A DNA stretch of 64,000 bases. Origin: Longimicrobiales bacterium (GTDB lineage Bacteria > Gemmatimonadota > Gemmatimonadetes > Longimicrobiales > Gaopeijiaceae). How positions within the stretch are numbered: position 1 is the first letter of the stretch; each line of letters begins with the position of its first letter. Under the pieces are notes generated by a model. The model was not told the origin of the DNA and ran no database searches. It saw only the letters and a program-made list of their open reading frames with translations. Both the position numbers and the translations under genes were made by a program. The stretch is taken from positions 3,360,001-3,424,000 of the forward strand of contig OZ220732.1 of NCBI GenBank assembly GCA_965116905.1. The letters run 5' to 3'. Shown one piece after another: positions 41,628-52,626 of this stretch.

Positions 41628-42772
41628 CGCCCGGCTCCCCCCGCCGGCCCCCCAAGCACCTCCGCATAGTACGCCTCGTAGCGGGGCAGCACGCGCTGCA
41701 CGCCGTACCGCTCGACCGCCACCGTCCGCGCCGCCTCGCTGAACCGCTCCCACCGGACCGCGTCGCCGAGCAGGCCGATCGCCGCCTCCGTCGCGTCTTC
41801 AACGGCGCCCACCGGGACGAGGAACCCCGCCTCGCCGTCCGGCACCACCTCGGGCAGCCCCCCGGCCCGGTACCCCACCACGGGCACCCCGCACGAAAGC
41901 GCCTCCAGGGCGGCCAGGCCGAACGACTCCCGGTCGCTCATCATGAGGAACAGGTCCGCGCACGCCAGCAGCTCCTCGACGGCCGCGTGCTTGCCGAGGA
42001 AGACCACGTCTCGCTCGACGCCGAGCTCCCGCGCCCGTGCGGCCGCCCTGGGCCGGTCCGGACCGTCGCCCGCCATGACCAGACGGGCCGGAACCGCCGC
42101 GCGGAGGCCCGCGAAGACCTCGATCACGTCGACGACGCGCTTGACGGGGCGGAAGTTGGAAACGTGCATCACGATCTTCTCGCCGCGGGGCGCGAAGACC
42201 TCGCGGTGACAGGGATCGCGTCCCCGGTGGAAAACGCCGGTATCGACGAAGTTCGGAATTACGCGGATTCGCTCCTCGGGCACCGAGAAATCCCGCACGG
42301 TGACCTCCTTGAGGAAGCGCGACACCGCCGTGACCCCCTGCGAGCGCAGGATCGAGAAGCGCGTGATGGGGTGGAACGACGGGTGGAGTCCGACCAGCGT
42401 GACGTCCGTGCCGTGCAGGGTCGTCACCAGGGGTGGACCGCCGTTCTCTTCGAGCATCTCCTGCGCGATCCAGGCCGACGTGGCGTGGGGGATGGCGTAG
42501 TGGACGTGAATCAGGTCCAGCCGTTCCCGCCGCGCGGTGTCGTGGATCGCCGCCGCCAGCGCCAGCGTGTAGTGCGGCCGCTCGAAGAGGGGGTACTGCT
42601 CCATCTCCACTTCATGGAAATACACGCGTTCGCGGAAGCCGGAGAGGCGGAAGGGCTGGGCGTAGGAGATGAAGTGGACTTCGTGCCCGCGCGCGGCCAA
42701 TCCGATCCCGAGCTCGGTGGCCACGGCGCCCGAACCGCCGTAGGTCGGATAGCAGGTGATCCCGATCTTCAT
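41624..42772 (-). CDS. bshA: N-acetyl-alpha-D-glucosaminyl L-malate synthase (bacillithiol glycosyltransferase)
   Basis: MKIGITCYPTYGGSG, HVHYAIPHA, TTLHGTD, SNFRPVKR, ESFGLAALEA. Confidence 0.92.
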   Translation of the reverse strand: MKIGITCYPTYGGSGAVATELGIGLAARGHEVHFISYAQPFRLSGFRERVYFHEVEMEQYPLFERPHYTLALAAAIHDTARRERLDLIHVHYAIPHATSAWIAQEMLEENGGPPLVTTLHGTDVTLVGLHPSFHPITRFSILRSQGVTAVSRFLKEVTVRDFSVPEERIRVIPNFVDTGVFHRGRDPCHREVFAPRGEKIVMHVSNFRPVKRVVDVIEVFAGLRAAVPARLVMAGDGPDRPRAAARARELGVERDVVFLGKHAAVEELLACADLFLMMSDRESFGLAALEALSCGVPVVGYRAGGLPEVVPDGEAGFLVPVGAVEDATEAAIGLLGDAVRWERFSEAARTVAVERYGVQRVLPRYEAYYAEVLGGPAGGAGR

Positions 42773-43800
42773 CGCGTCCGCCGCCGCCAGGCGTCGATCA
42801 CCGCGCCCGCCTGCGCCTCGAGGGGCGCCGTCCCGTCGACCGACACGGCCCCGGGCCCCAGCTGGTGACGGAACCACGTGCGCTGCCGCCGGGCGTAGCG
42901 GCGGGTGGCCACCCGGATCCGCTCCTCCGCTTCGCGCAGGGTCATCTTACCGGCGAGGTGTTCGGCCACCTCCCGGTAGCCGACCGCGTTCATCCCGTGG
43001 TCGCCGGGGCGGTAGCCGTCCTCGATCAGGCGCGCCACCTCGTCCACGAGTCCGCCTTCCACCATGTCGCCGATACGCCGGCGGATGCGCTCGTCCAGCA
43101 CCTCCCGCGGGACCTCCAGACGGCAGACCATGCCGGGAAGGGCTTCACCCTCGGTGGGATGTCGGCCATGCCACCAGGATAGATTATGACCCGTCAGGAT
43201 AGTGATTGACAGTACTCTGAGCATGCGCTGGTATCCCCCCGCGATCGCAACCTCGGCGCGGTCGGGATCGAATCTGCGCACCCAGCGCTCCAGTTCAGCG
43301 CGCGGGAGCCGGGCGAGCGCATCCTCGAGCGCGCGCCTTTCGGCAGGGTCCATGGGGGGCTCCCGGAAGAGCGGTTCGGTCAGCACGCGAAGGAAAAATC
43401 CGGTGCCGCCGGCCAGCACCGGCACGCGGCCCCTCCCCTCGATCGCGCCGATCCAGCGACGGGCGTCACGGCCGAATTCTCCCGCGCTGTAGCGCTGGTC
43501 CGGGTTGCGCAGGTCGAGGCCGTGATGCGGCACGAGGGTCCGCTCGGCGGGCGTGACCTTGGCCGTGCCGATGTCCATGCCGCGATAGATCTGCCGCGAA
43601 TCCAGCGAGATGATCTCACCGCCGAGCCTCCGCGCAACCAGGAGCGAGAGCGCGGTCTTCCCGGCGCCCGTGGGCCCCACGATCGCGAGGAAACGGGCGG
43701 GGGCACCGACAGGCGGGGCTTTGCCCGGCGGGGGTTCCTCGGGCGCGGCCGCGGCGGATGTCGGCTTCGCTGCCGCCCCGCTCCGTATCGCCGTCGTCAT
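42769..43800 (-). CDS. miaA: tRNA dimethylallyltransferase
   Basis: GPTGAGKT, DSRQIYRGMDIGTAK, GGTGFF, TRRYARRQRTWF. Confidence 0.96.
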   Translation of the reverse strand: MTTAIRSGAAAKPTSAAAAPEEPPPGKAPPVGAPARFLAIVGPTGAGKTALSLLVARRLGGEIISLDSRQIYRGMDIGTAKVTPAERTLVPHHGLDLRNPDQRYSAGEFGRDARRWIGAIEGRGRVPVLAGGTGFFLRVLTEPLFREPPMDPAERRALEDALARLPRAELERWVRRFDPDRAEVAIAGGYQRMLRVLSITILTGHNLSWWHGRHPTEGEALPGMVCRLEVPREVLDERIRRRIGDMVEGGLVDEVARLIEDGYRPGDHGMNAVGYREVAEHLAGKMTLREAEERIRVATRRYARRQRTWFRHQLGPGAVSVDGTAPLEAQAGAVIDAWRRRTR

Positions 43801-45574
43801 GATCGGCCGAACTTGCGCCTGAGTTCGCCCAGGCCGAGCCTCACGATCGTCGGGCGGCCGTGGACGTCGTGGTACGGCAGTTCGGTCGCAAAGAGCTGGT
43901 CGAAGAGCTCCTGCATCTCGTCGTGCGAGAGGTCGCACCCGGCCTTGATCGCCGCTTTGCATGCGAAGCTCATCGCCACGCGCTCGTTCTGGTTGCGCGC
44001 GGAGTTCATCAGGTCGGAGCCGTGGGTGAGTTCGTGCAGCATCTCGCGCACGCACCGCTCCGCATCGAAGTACCGGTGGGGACTGGGGACCGCCTGCACG
44101 AGGATCGCGTCGTTTCCGAAGGGGGAGATTTCGAAACCGAGCGCCGCCAGCGGCTCGAGAATCGACTCGATGACTTCGACTTCCGGCTTCGTCAGGCGGA
44201 TCGCGATCGGAAAGAGCAGCCGCTGTCCCTCTGCGCCCCCGCGCTCGAAGCTCGCGATGATCCGCTCGTAGAGCACCCTTTCGTGCGCGGCGTGCTGGTC
44301 CACGATGATCAGGCCGTCCCGGGTCTCGGCGAGGATGAAGCTGTTGTGGACCTGGAGCAGCTCGGGACGCGGGGCCCGGCCGGCGGCGCCCTCCTCGGCC
44401 GGCGCGGAATCGCCTTCGCCTGGAGCCCCGCGTCGGAAGAGGTGCATCTGCGCGATGTCGTCCGCGGGATCGCCCGCACGGTCGCTCGCAGGATCGCCCG
44501 CACTGTCGCCCTCGAGGGTCGGGAAGCCCTCGCCCGTGCCCTCGCGGACGACATGAACCGGGCGCGGTCTGTCCAGGGTTGCCGCCGACTCGATTCCCTC
44601 CAGCGCCTTGCGGACGGAGGCCTCGACGAACTTCTCGATCCGGCTGCGGTCGCGGAAGCGGACCTCGGCCTTCCCCGGGTGCACGTTCACGTCCACCTCG
44701 CCCCCCGGCACGGTCAGGAACAGGAAGACCCACGGCCGCTTGTCCCGGGACACGGTGGTGCGGTACCCGCGGTCCGCCGCCCGGATGACCGCGGCGTCGC
44801 GGAACGGGCGCCCGTTAATGAAGAGGCCGGCGCGGCGGAAACCGGGCCGCGCCAGGTCGGGGCGCTGCACCACGCCGGCGAGCCGCATTCCCTGGTGCTG
44901 CGTGGACAGCGGCACGAGCCCCGCGTCCTCCGCGTCCTTCCAGGTCGCGCCGATCCGCGCAGCCAGAGAGCGGTCCGCCGGAAGGTCGAAGACGATGTCG
45001 CCGTTCACCTCGAAGATGAAGCGCGTGCCCAGATCGGCGAGCGCGAGCGCGTGGACCACCTCGGCGACGGCGCGCGTCTCCACCCGGGCGCTGCGCAGGA
45101 AGCGGGCGCGCACGGGCGTGTTCAGAAACAGGTTGCGCACGTCGACGGTGGTTCCCGGACGGCGCGCCGCGTCCTCGACCCCCTGGATCCGGCCGGCGAG
45201 CGACCGCAGCCGCGTGCCCGTCTCCTCGCCGTCCACCGCGGTCTCGACGACCATGCGCGACACCGCCGCAATCGATGGCAGCGCCTCGCCGCGGAAGCCG
45301 AGGGTGTGGATCTCCCGCAGGTCCTCGGCGTGCCGGATCTTGCTGGTGGCGTGCCGGTCCAGGCAGAGCAGAACGTCCTCGCGAACCATGCCGCAACCGT
45401 CGTCGGCCACGAGAATCCGCCCCTTCCCTCCCCTCTCGATCGACACCCGCACCACGCCCGCCCCCGCGTCCAGCGCGTTCTCGACCAGTTCCTTGACCAC
45501 CGAGGCCGGACGCTCGACGACTTCGCCCGCGGCGATCTGGTTCGCCACGTGGTCGGGAAGAACCCGGATCCGAT

Positions 45575-45578
<4 letters not shown>
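43797..45578 (-). CDS. mutL: DNA mismatch repair endonuclease MutL
   Basis: NQIAAGEVVERPASVVKELVEN, HATSK, GFRGEAL, DVNVHP, endonuclease DQHAAHE, ACK. Confidence 0.97.
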
Positions 45579-46387
<809 letters not shown>

Positions 46388-46391
46388 CCCG

Positions 46392-47351
46392 TTACACCGC
46401 CGCGGCCCTCCGCGCGGCACGCTGCTTCTTCTTGTCCTCGCCGGTGCCGTACCGCTTCTGGATTTCCAGCAGGGCCGGCGCGGCGATGAAGATGGACGAG
46501 TAGGTGCCGATCAGGACCCCGAGAATCAGCACCATCGTGAACGGGCGGATCACCCCGCCACCCAGCACGAGCAGCGACAGCAGCACGGCCAGCGTCGTCC
46601 CGGAGGTCAGCACCGTCCGGGGCAGCGTCTCGTTGATCGAACGGTTGACGAGCTTGTACGGATCCTCGCGCCGCCCGCCCTTCCTGTTGAGGTTCTCGCG
46701 GATACGGTCGAACACGACAATGGTGTCGTTCAGCGAGTACCCCAGGATGGTCAGGATGGCCGCGACCGTGGGCAGGGAGATCTCGACGCGGAAGAGCGCG
46801 AGCAGGCCCAGGGTGATGAGCATGTCGTGGGCGGTCGCGATCACCGATGCCACGCCGAAGCGCATCTCGAAACGGATCGCGATGTACATCAGCGTGAGCA
46901 CGAGCGAGAACATGATGGCGAGGCCCGCCCGCTGCTCGAGCTCGAGGCCGATCTTCGGTCCCACCAGCTCCCGCCGGACGACCTCGAAACCGTCCTCCCC
47001 GTACGCGGCCGCGATCTGCGCCGCGATGCCAGCAGCGACATCGTCGATATCCACGTCCGCGAGCCCGGCACGCACCACGAACTCGTCGTTGCCCTGCCCG
47101 AAACGCGTGATGGATGGAGCGTTGACCCCCCCGAGCGCCTCACGCAATTCGTCGTCGCTCGTGGGCTCCTCGAACCGGATGTGCACGAGGGCGCCGCTGG
47201 TGAAGTCGACGCCGTAGTTCTGCCAGGATCCGATGAGCGCGATGTTGAGGACCATCGCACCGATTCCGAGCGCCAGCAGGATGCCGGACAAGACGTACGC
47301 CTTCCGGCGCATGCTGATGAACTGGTATTTCGCTTCGTGAAAAAGCCACAT
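46392..47351 (-). CDS. secF: Protein translocase subunit SecF
   Basis: GVDFTSG, VGPKIG, AHD, GYSLNDTIVVFDRIRE, GTYSSIFIA. Confidence 0.96.
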   Translation of the reverse strand: MWLFHEAKYQFISMRRKAYVLSGILLALGIGAMVLNIALIGSWQNYGVDFTSGALVHIRFEEPTSDDELREALGGVNAPSITRFGQGNDEFVVRAGLADVDIDDVAAGIAAQIAAAYGEDGFEVVRRELVGPKIGLELEQRAGLAIMFSLVLTLMYIAIRFEMRFGVASVIATAHDMLITLGLLALFRVEISLPTVAAILTILGYSLNDTIVVFDRIRENLNRKGGRREDPYKLVNRSINETLPRTVLTSGTTLAVLLSLLVLGGGVIRPFTMVLILGVLIGTYSSIFIAAPALLEIQKRYGTGEDKKKQRAARRAAAV

Positions 47352-47378
47352 GGCTGTGCTGGTCCCTTGCCTTTGCTG

Positions 47379-49073
47379 CTAGATGCTGACGGGATCCGAG
47401 CCGCGCTTGCCCGACAGGTACATCAGGAAGAGCGTGCGGGTCACGTACAGGGCGGAGAAGAACGAGGCCACGATCCCGATGCAGAGCGTCACCGCGAAGC
47501 CGCGTACCGGCCCCGTGCCGAACTGGAACAGGATCAGCCCCGTGATCAGGGTCGTGAGGTTGGCGTCGACGATGGCGGACAGGGCGTTGCCGAAGCCCTC
47601 GTCCACCGCCGTGCGGGGCGCGCGGCGCGCCGCAAGTTCCTCGCGTATGCGTTCGAAGATCAGGACGTTGGCGTCCACGGCCATGCCGATCGAGAGGATG
47701 AGCCCCGCGATCCCGGGAAGCGTCAGGGTCGCGTTGAGCACGGCCAGTCCCCCGAGCACCAGAACCAGGTAGAAGCCGAGCGCGGTGATCGCCAGCATCC
47801 CCGCGACCTTGTAGTAGAGGATCATGACCACGATCACGAGGACGATCCCCACAATACCCGCGATCCTCCCCTGGTCCACGGAATCCTGTCCCAGCGAAGG
47901 CCCGACGGCGCGCTCCTCCATGATCCGGAGCGGAGCCGGCAGAGCACCGGCCCGCAGGACGAGGGCCAGATCCGTCGCCTCGCTCATGTCGGCGGTGCCG
48001 AGGTCGATCGAGCCCCGCGATCCGATCCGGTCACGCACCACCGGCGCGCTGACGACCTCTCCGTCGAGTACGATCGCGATACGGTCGCCGATGTGGGCTC
48101 CGGTCAGCTGCTGGAACGCGCGTCCGCCGCGGCGGTTGAGTTCGAAGAGCACCTGCGGCTGGTTGAACTGCTGGTCGCGGTTGGCCGTGGCGTCATCGAG
48201 CTGGTCGCCGGTGAGGAACGGCTCCTCCTCGAGGACGTAGAGCTCGCGGTAGAAGCGTCCGCCGATGGGGATCGAGTCCCATCCCCACTGCAGGCTGACA
48301 TTCCTGGGCATCGCGCGCTGGAACTCCGGCAGTCCCATGAATTCGACCGCGGTCTCCATGTCGGCCGCATCGACCGTGTATGTGCCGACGTCGCCGCGGT
48401 TGAGGAGACCGGTGAACGGTCGGAGGTTGAGTTCCCCCTCCTCGGGCTGGGCGTCGACGGACTCGTCCTCGGCGGTGGTGGCGTCGGCCGTGGCTTCGCC
48501 CGCCGCGGGATCGCCCGTTGCCGGATCGCCCGCCGCTGCCGCGCTGTCAGCGGCCGTCGCCAGGGTATCCTCCGGGTCGCTGAACAGGAGCTGCTCGATC
48601 GAGGTGCCGGTTTCCGCGACCTCGGTGGCGCGGCCCATCTCGCGCAGCCCCTCCTCGCCGATGGCCGCGACGACGGCCCGGTCCAGTCGCTCCAGCGCCG
48701 GATCGATCTCGGTCGTCTCCAGGACCAGCTTCCACTCGAGGTACGCCTGCTGGTTGATGATCTCCTTGGCCCGGCTCTCGTCGTCCAGACCCGCGAGCTC
48801 CACGATGATCCGGTCCGCGCCGCTCTTCTGGATCAGCGGCTCTTCCACACCGAATTCGTCGACCCGCGTGCGGATGATCCGCTCGGCCCGGTCGATCGCG
48901 TCCGCGCGCCGTTCGGGCGTCAGGGTCTCATCCGGATCGTCGATCTCGAGGACGAGGTGAATCCCGCCCTGAAGGTCGAGGCCCAGCTTCAGACCCCTCG
49001 TCCACAGATAACCCGCCGAGAGGCCGAGCACCGCCAGAATGACGATGATCCGGCCCCGAAATGACTTTAGCAT
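47379..49073 (-). CDS. secD: Protein translocase subunit SecD
   Basis: LGLDLQGG, LRAGALP, VGPSLG, GMAVDANVLIFERIREE, DANLTT. Confidence 0.97.
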   Translation of the reverse strand: MLKSFRGRIIVILAVLGLSAGYLWTRGLKLGLDLQGGIHLVLEIDDPDETLTPERRADAIDRAERIIRTRVDEFGVEEPLIQKSGADRIIVELAGLDDESRAKEIINQQAYLEWKLVLETTEIDPALERLDRAVVAAIGEEGLREMGRATEVAETGTSIEQLLFSDPEDTLATAADSAAAAGDPATGDPAAGEATADATTAEDESVDAQPEEGELNLRPFTGLLNRGDVGTYTVDAADMETAVEFMGLPEFQRAMPRNVSLQWGWDSIPIGGRFYRELYVLEEEPFLTGDQLDDATANRDQQFNQPQVLFELNRRGGRAFQQLTGAHIGDRIAIVLDGEVVSAPVVRDRIGSRGSIDLGTADMSEATDLALVLRAGALPAPLRIMEERAVGPSLGQDSVDQGRIAGIVGIVLVIVVMILYYKVAGMLAITALGFYLVLVLGGLAVLNATLTLPGIAGLILSIGMAVDANVLIFERIREELAARRAPRTAVDEGFGNALSAIVDANLTTLITGLILFQFGTGPVRGFAVTLCIGIVASFFSALYVTRTLFLMYLSGKRGSDPVSI

Positions 49074-49185
49074 GTGCGTCCTGACCCCTTCGTGAACCCT
49101 CGGCGACCGCAGGCGGGCGAGGGCTGCGCGCTCGCGCCCGCGATGACGGCGTCGCAAGCCGCAACCGTCGCGACGCCAGCATGGG

Positions 49186-49214
49186 AAGTTGGCCCGCCGC
49201 GCCGGGAGTGTCAA
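49186..49214 (-). promoter_or_regulatory. Putative sigma70 promoter for the secD operon
   Basis: TTGACA-17 nt-CAACTT. Confidence 0.5.
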
Positions 49215-49291
49215 TCATTTTGCGCTTTGTCGGCCGGGTTCCGTCCCGGCCTGGACTTCACTCTTCGTAGGCGACGCCGGGAAAGTGTCAG

Positions 49292-50566
49292 TCAGGGCAT
49301 CTCGGAGCCCGCCGGGGCATCGGCCGGGGCCGCGGGGGCCGGAGTGTGGAGGTCGTACATGACCGCTGTCTCGATGCCGAGTTCGTCGCTGTGAACGCCA
49401 AGCCAGTAGTCCTCGCCGAACTCGAAGGTGCTGAGCCCGCTTTGGGCGCTCTCCAGATGGCAGAGAAAGCTGCCGTCCGGCTCGAACCCCATCCACCGGA
49501 CCCGGTCGGCGCGCGGCCGCTGGTAGGGCAGCACCCAAAGTCGGCCGTCGCGGCCGATCATGACCTTGGACATCGACGGGAATTGATCGGCAACCGGGAC
49601 CTCGGGATCAATGATCGCTTCCTCGCGCTCGCTCCACTCCGGCGAATCGCGGCCTCCGCGGCTTTCGATGTACTCATCTCGCCACGCCTGGACATCGGCA
49701 CCCGTGACATCCCGGTCGGGGTCGGACCACCTGACAATGCGCCGCAGTCGGAACCCGTCGTCCAGCAGCCTGACCTCCGTGTCCCGACCCACCGCAATTG
49801 CGATTGTGCGACCCCCGGCGTCTACGAGGGGTGATGGCGCAAAGATCGGTCGACGAACCAGGCCCGCTCTCTCCGAAATCTGAATCCGGCCTGCGGGACT
49901 CGTCGGGAGGCGGGCAAGCGTGCCCATCATTCGCCCGCCCGCGTCGTGAAGCTCGACGACGAGGGTGTCCGGGGTAGAGAAGTCGTCACGCCGACTGCTC
50001 CTACGCTCCGTCGTGTTGATCGAAAGACCGTTGTCCAGCACGCCGCCCCAGCGCGAAGGACTCGGATAGACGGGATCCAGTCGGGCGGTGCGGACCCAAT
50101 CGCCCGACGCCGTAAAGACCTGGTACCTCCAGGGACGGTAGTCGCCAACCCACAGCGTGTCGCCTGGAAGGATCCAGAGTTTCCACGCGTCGTTGAACTC
50201 GCCAGGCCCCTCTCCCGGCCGTCCCATCGAACGCAGATGCCGACCCGTCTCATCGAAGATCCGGATCTCGGCGCTGGTCCGGTCAACCACGGCCACCGAG
50301 CCGTCCGAGAGGCGTCCCACGCCACGGATGTAACTGAACCAATGCGCCTCGTCGTTTTCGTTGTCGCCGACCCTGAAGATGGGTTCCGCCCCGAGCGAAC
50401 AGACCGCGTCGGAGTTCAACGGATCGCTGGTGACGACCTCTACCCCGGCGCTGTCGATGGCGATCGTGGTGGCCGGCCCGGAGGAGGCGTCGCAGGCACC
50501 GAGGAGTGCGAGGACGGCGGGAAGAAGCGGGACGGGGACGGAAAAGGGGACCGGTCGACGGTTCAT
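49292..50566 (-). CDS. 6-bladed beta-propeller lipoprotein (third family member)
   Basis: Lipobox LGAC, DSAGVEVV, GRPGEGPGEF, DGRLWV, DELGIE. Confidence 0.8.
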   Translation of the reverse strand: MNRRPVPFSVPVPLLPAVLALLGACDASSGPATTIAIDSAGVEVVTSDPLNSDAVCSLGAEPIFRVGDNENDEAHWFSYIRGVGRLSDGSVAVVDRTSAEIRIFDETGRHLRSMGRPGEGPGEFNDAWKLWILPGDTLWVGDYRPWRYQVFTASGDWVRTARLDPVYPSPSRWGGVLDNGLSINTTERRSSRRDDFSTPDTLVVELHDAGGRMMGTLARLPTSPAGRIQISERAGLVRRPIFAPSPLVDAGGRTIAIAVGRDTEVRLLDDGFRLRRIVRWSDPDRDVTGADVQAWRDEYIESRGGRDSPEWSEREEAIIDPEVPVADQFPSMSKVMIGRDGRLWVLPYQRPRADRVRWMGFEPDGSFLCHLESAQSGLSTFEFGEDYWLGVHSDELGIETAVMYDLHTPAPAAPADAPAGSEMP

Positions 50567-50854
50567 ATCTGGTCTCTTGAATGAGCAGCAAGCCGGGGGC
50601 AGCGGCACCTGGCCGATCCAGCCATGTAGGTGCCCCGGATGTCGGCTCAGCTTGAAGCCCCAGTTACCGCCACGCAACCGTGGCACCCAAGCGGGGGCGG
50701 TCGCGTCGTGTGGGACGGGTGACGAACTCCTGAACCGCGTGCGGAGCCTGCCGAACGGTTGAAGGGGTCGCCGGCCGGGTGGGCGCAACTCACGCGGCAG
50801 AGGCATGACCCCACACGGTAGCCCCGGCACGCCAGCGTCCCTACTCTGGGACGC

Positions 50855-52288
50855 ATGTGCTCCTCGAACATCGCCGGGCCCAGGCCGGCCGCCTTCGCCA
50901 CGGTGGCCATGTGCGCGGTCCTCGCCGGGCTCGCCCTGGCCGCTCTCCCGCAGGCGGCCCCTGGTGGGGACGGGGCAGGTCGTGCGGATTCGGGGGCCGC
51001 GATGGCGGACATCGCGCTTCCCTCCCCCACCGACACCACCCTTGCGATCACCTTCCTCAACGTGGGTCAGGGGGACGCGGTACTGATCCGTGCGCCGGAG
51101 GGCCAGACGGCGCTCGTCGATGCGGGGCGCGGCGACATCGTTCCGCTGCTGCGCGAGATGGGCGTGGACGGGATCGATCTGCTGGTGGCGACGCATCCGG
51201 ATGCGGACCATATCGGGGGGATGGCGGACGTGATCGGGTCGATGCCCGTGCGGTTCTTCATGGACAACGGGCAGCCCCACACGACGGCGACGTACCGTCG
51301 GCTGCTGGCGGCGCTCGAGGCCAAGCCGGAGATCACGTACCTGGAGGCGGTTCCGCGGACGATCTCGCTGGGGAGCGCCGAGATCGAGGTGCTGCCGCTG
51401 CTGCCGCGGGCGACTGCGGATCGGAACAACCGCTCGGTGGCGCTCATCGTGCGGTTCGGGAGCTTCACGGCGCTGCTGAGCGGCGATTCTGGGGTGCGGC
51501 AGCTGACACATCTGGTCGGCCAGGGCGCCGTTCCCGCGCTGACGCTGCTGAAAGCGCCGCATCATGGCAGCGACAATGGGTTCACGTGGCCGTTTCTGGA
51601 GGCCGCGCGGCCCGAGGTCGTGGTGATTTCGGTGGGCCGGAACGGCTATGGGCATCCGCGGCCGGCAGCGCTGCGGGCGTATGCCGAGGTGGGGGCGGCG
51701 GTGCTGCGGACGGACCAGGCCGGGCATGTCGCGATTCTCGGGTATGAGCATGGGGACTTCGGGGTTGTGCGCGGGGAGCAGGTGGCATTGGTGATGCGGG
51801 CGAGTGGGGAGCGGAACGGGATCGGGGGTGCGGTGGTCGCGGAAGCGGAGGCTGTGGTTGGCGCGGGGGCGGCGGGGGGCGTGGCGGAACGGGCGGGGGC
51901 GGCAGGCACGAACGCGGCGGGCGCGGCGGGCGCGGCAGGCGTGACTGCAGCCGGTAGCGGCGCGGACCTCAGACTCAGCGTCTACGCCGATGCGCCGGGC
52001 AACGACAACCGCAATCCCAACGGCGAGTACGTCGTGATCCAGAATCTCGGGGCGGTGGCACAGGCCATCGGCGGGTGGAGTTTGTGCGACCTGGCGAACC
52101 ACTGCTTCGAGTTCCCCGCGGGCGCGGTTCTGGCGGCCGGTGGGACCATCACGCTCTACAGCGGGCAGGGCCGCTCCGACGGCAGCCGATATTACATGGG
52201 CTATCGCAGGGCCGTGTGGAACAACGGCGGGGACACCGCAACACTGTACGACGAACGGAGGGCGGTCGTGGTCGCCTACAGGTATTGA
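50855..52288 (+). CDS. ComEC/Rec2-like metallo-beta-lactamase-fold nuclease fused to a lamin-tail domain
   Basis: NVGQGDA, THPDADHIGG, NNRS, GD, PHHGS, NGYGHP, RTD. C-terminal LTD (EYVVIQN, IGGWSL, VWNNGGDTATL). Confidence 0.85.
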   Translation: MCSSNIAGPRPAAFATVAMCAVLAGLALAALPQAAPGGDGAGRADSGAAMADIALPSPTDTTLAITFLNVGQGDAVLIRAPEGQTALVDAGRGDIVPLLREMGVDGIDLLVATHPDADHIGGMADVIGSMPVRFFMDNGQPHTTATYRRLLAALEAKPEITYLEAVPRTISLGSAEIEVLPLLPRATADRNNRSVALIVRFGSFTALLSGDSGVRQLTHLVGQGAVPALTLLKAPHHGSDNGFTWPFLEAARPEVVVISVGRNGYGHPRPAALRAYAEVGAAVLRTDQAGHVAILGYEHGDFGVVRGEQVALVMRASGERNGIGGAVVAEAEAVVGAGAAGGVAERAGAAGTNAAGAAGAAGVTAAGSGADLRLSVYADAPGNDNRNPNGEYVVIQNLGAVAQAIGGWSLCDLANHCFEFPAGAVLAAGGTITLYSGQGRSDGSRYYMGYRRAVWNNGGDTATLYDERRAVVVAYRY

Positions 52289-52338
52289 GCGGGCGAGGCG
52301 GGGCCGCAGGGGGCGGCGGGGCCGAAGGGCGCGGAGGA

Positions 52339-52614
52339 ATGCCGGTGACGCGGATCTGGGTGGTGGACCGCGTGGAGCCGCCGATGGCCGTCGTGGTCGC
52401 GGACGACGACGAGCGGCAGGTGGACGTGCCGCTGGCCCGGCTGCCGGCCGGTGCGCGGGCGGGTGCGGTCCTGCGCGTGCCGGAGACTGACGAGGGGCCG
52501 GACTGGGAGGCCGCGAGGGTGGACGAGGAACTGCGGCGGGCCCGCCTGCAGGAGGCGGAGGCCGCCCTCGACCGGCTGCGCCGCCGGGATCCAGGCGGCG
52601 ACATCGTGCTGTAG
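52339..52614 (+). CDS. DUF3006-like protein
   Basis: GGAGG RBS, VVDRVE..AV, LPAGARAGAVL, RDPGGDIVL. This family typically follows ComEC-like MBL genes. Confidence 0.75.
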   Translation: MPVTRIWVVDRVEPPMAVVVADDDERQVDVPLARLPAGARAGAVLRVPETDEGPDWEAARVDEELRRARLQEAEAALDRLRRRDPGGDIVL

Positions 52615-52626
52615 CCCCGGCTGGGG

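Noticed and set aside
50567..50854. ncRNA or riboswitch in the divergent intergenic region
   Set aside because: Only short GC-rich hairpins expected by chance at this GC content, with no recognisable motif.
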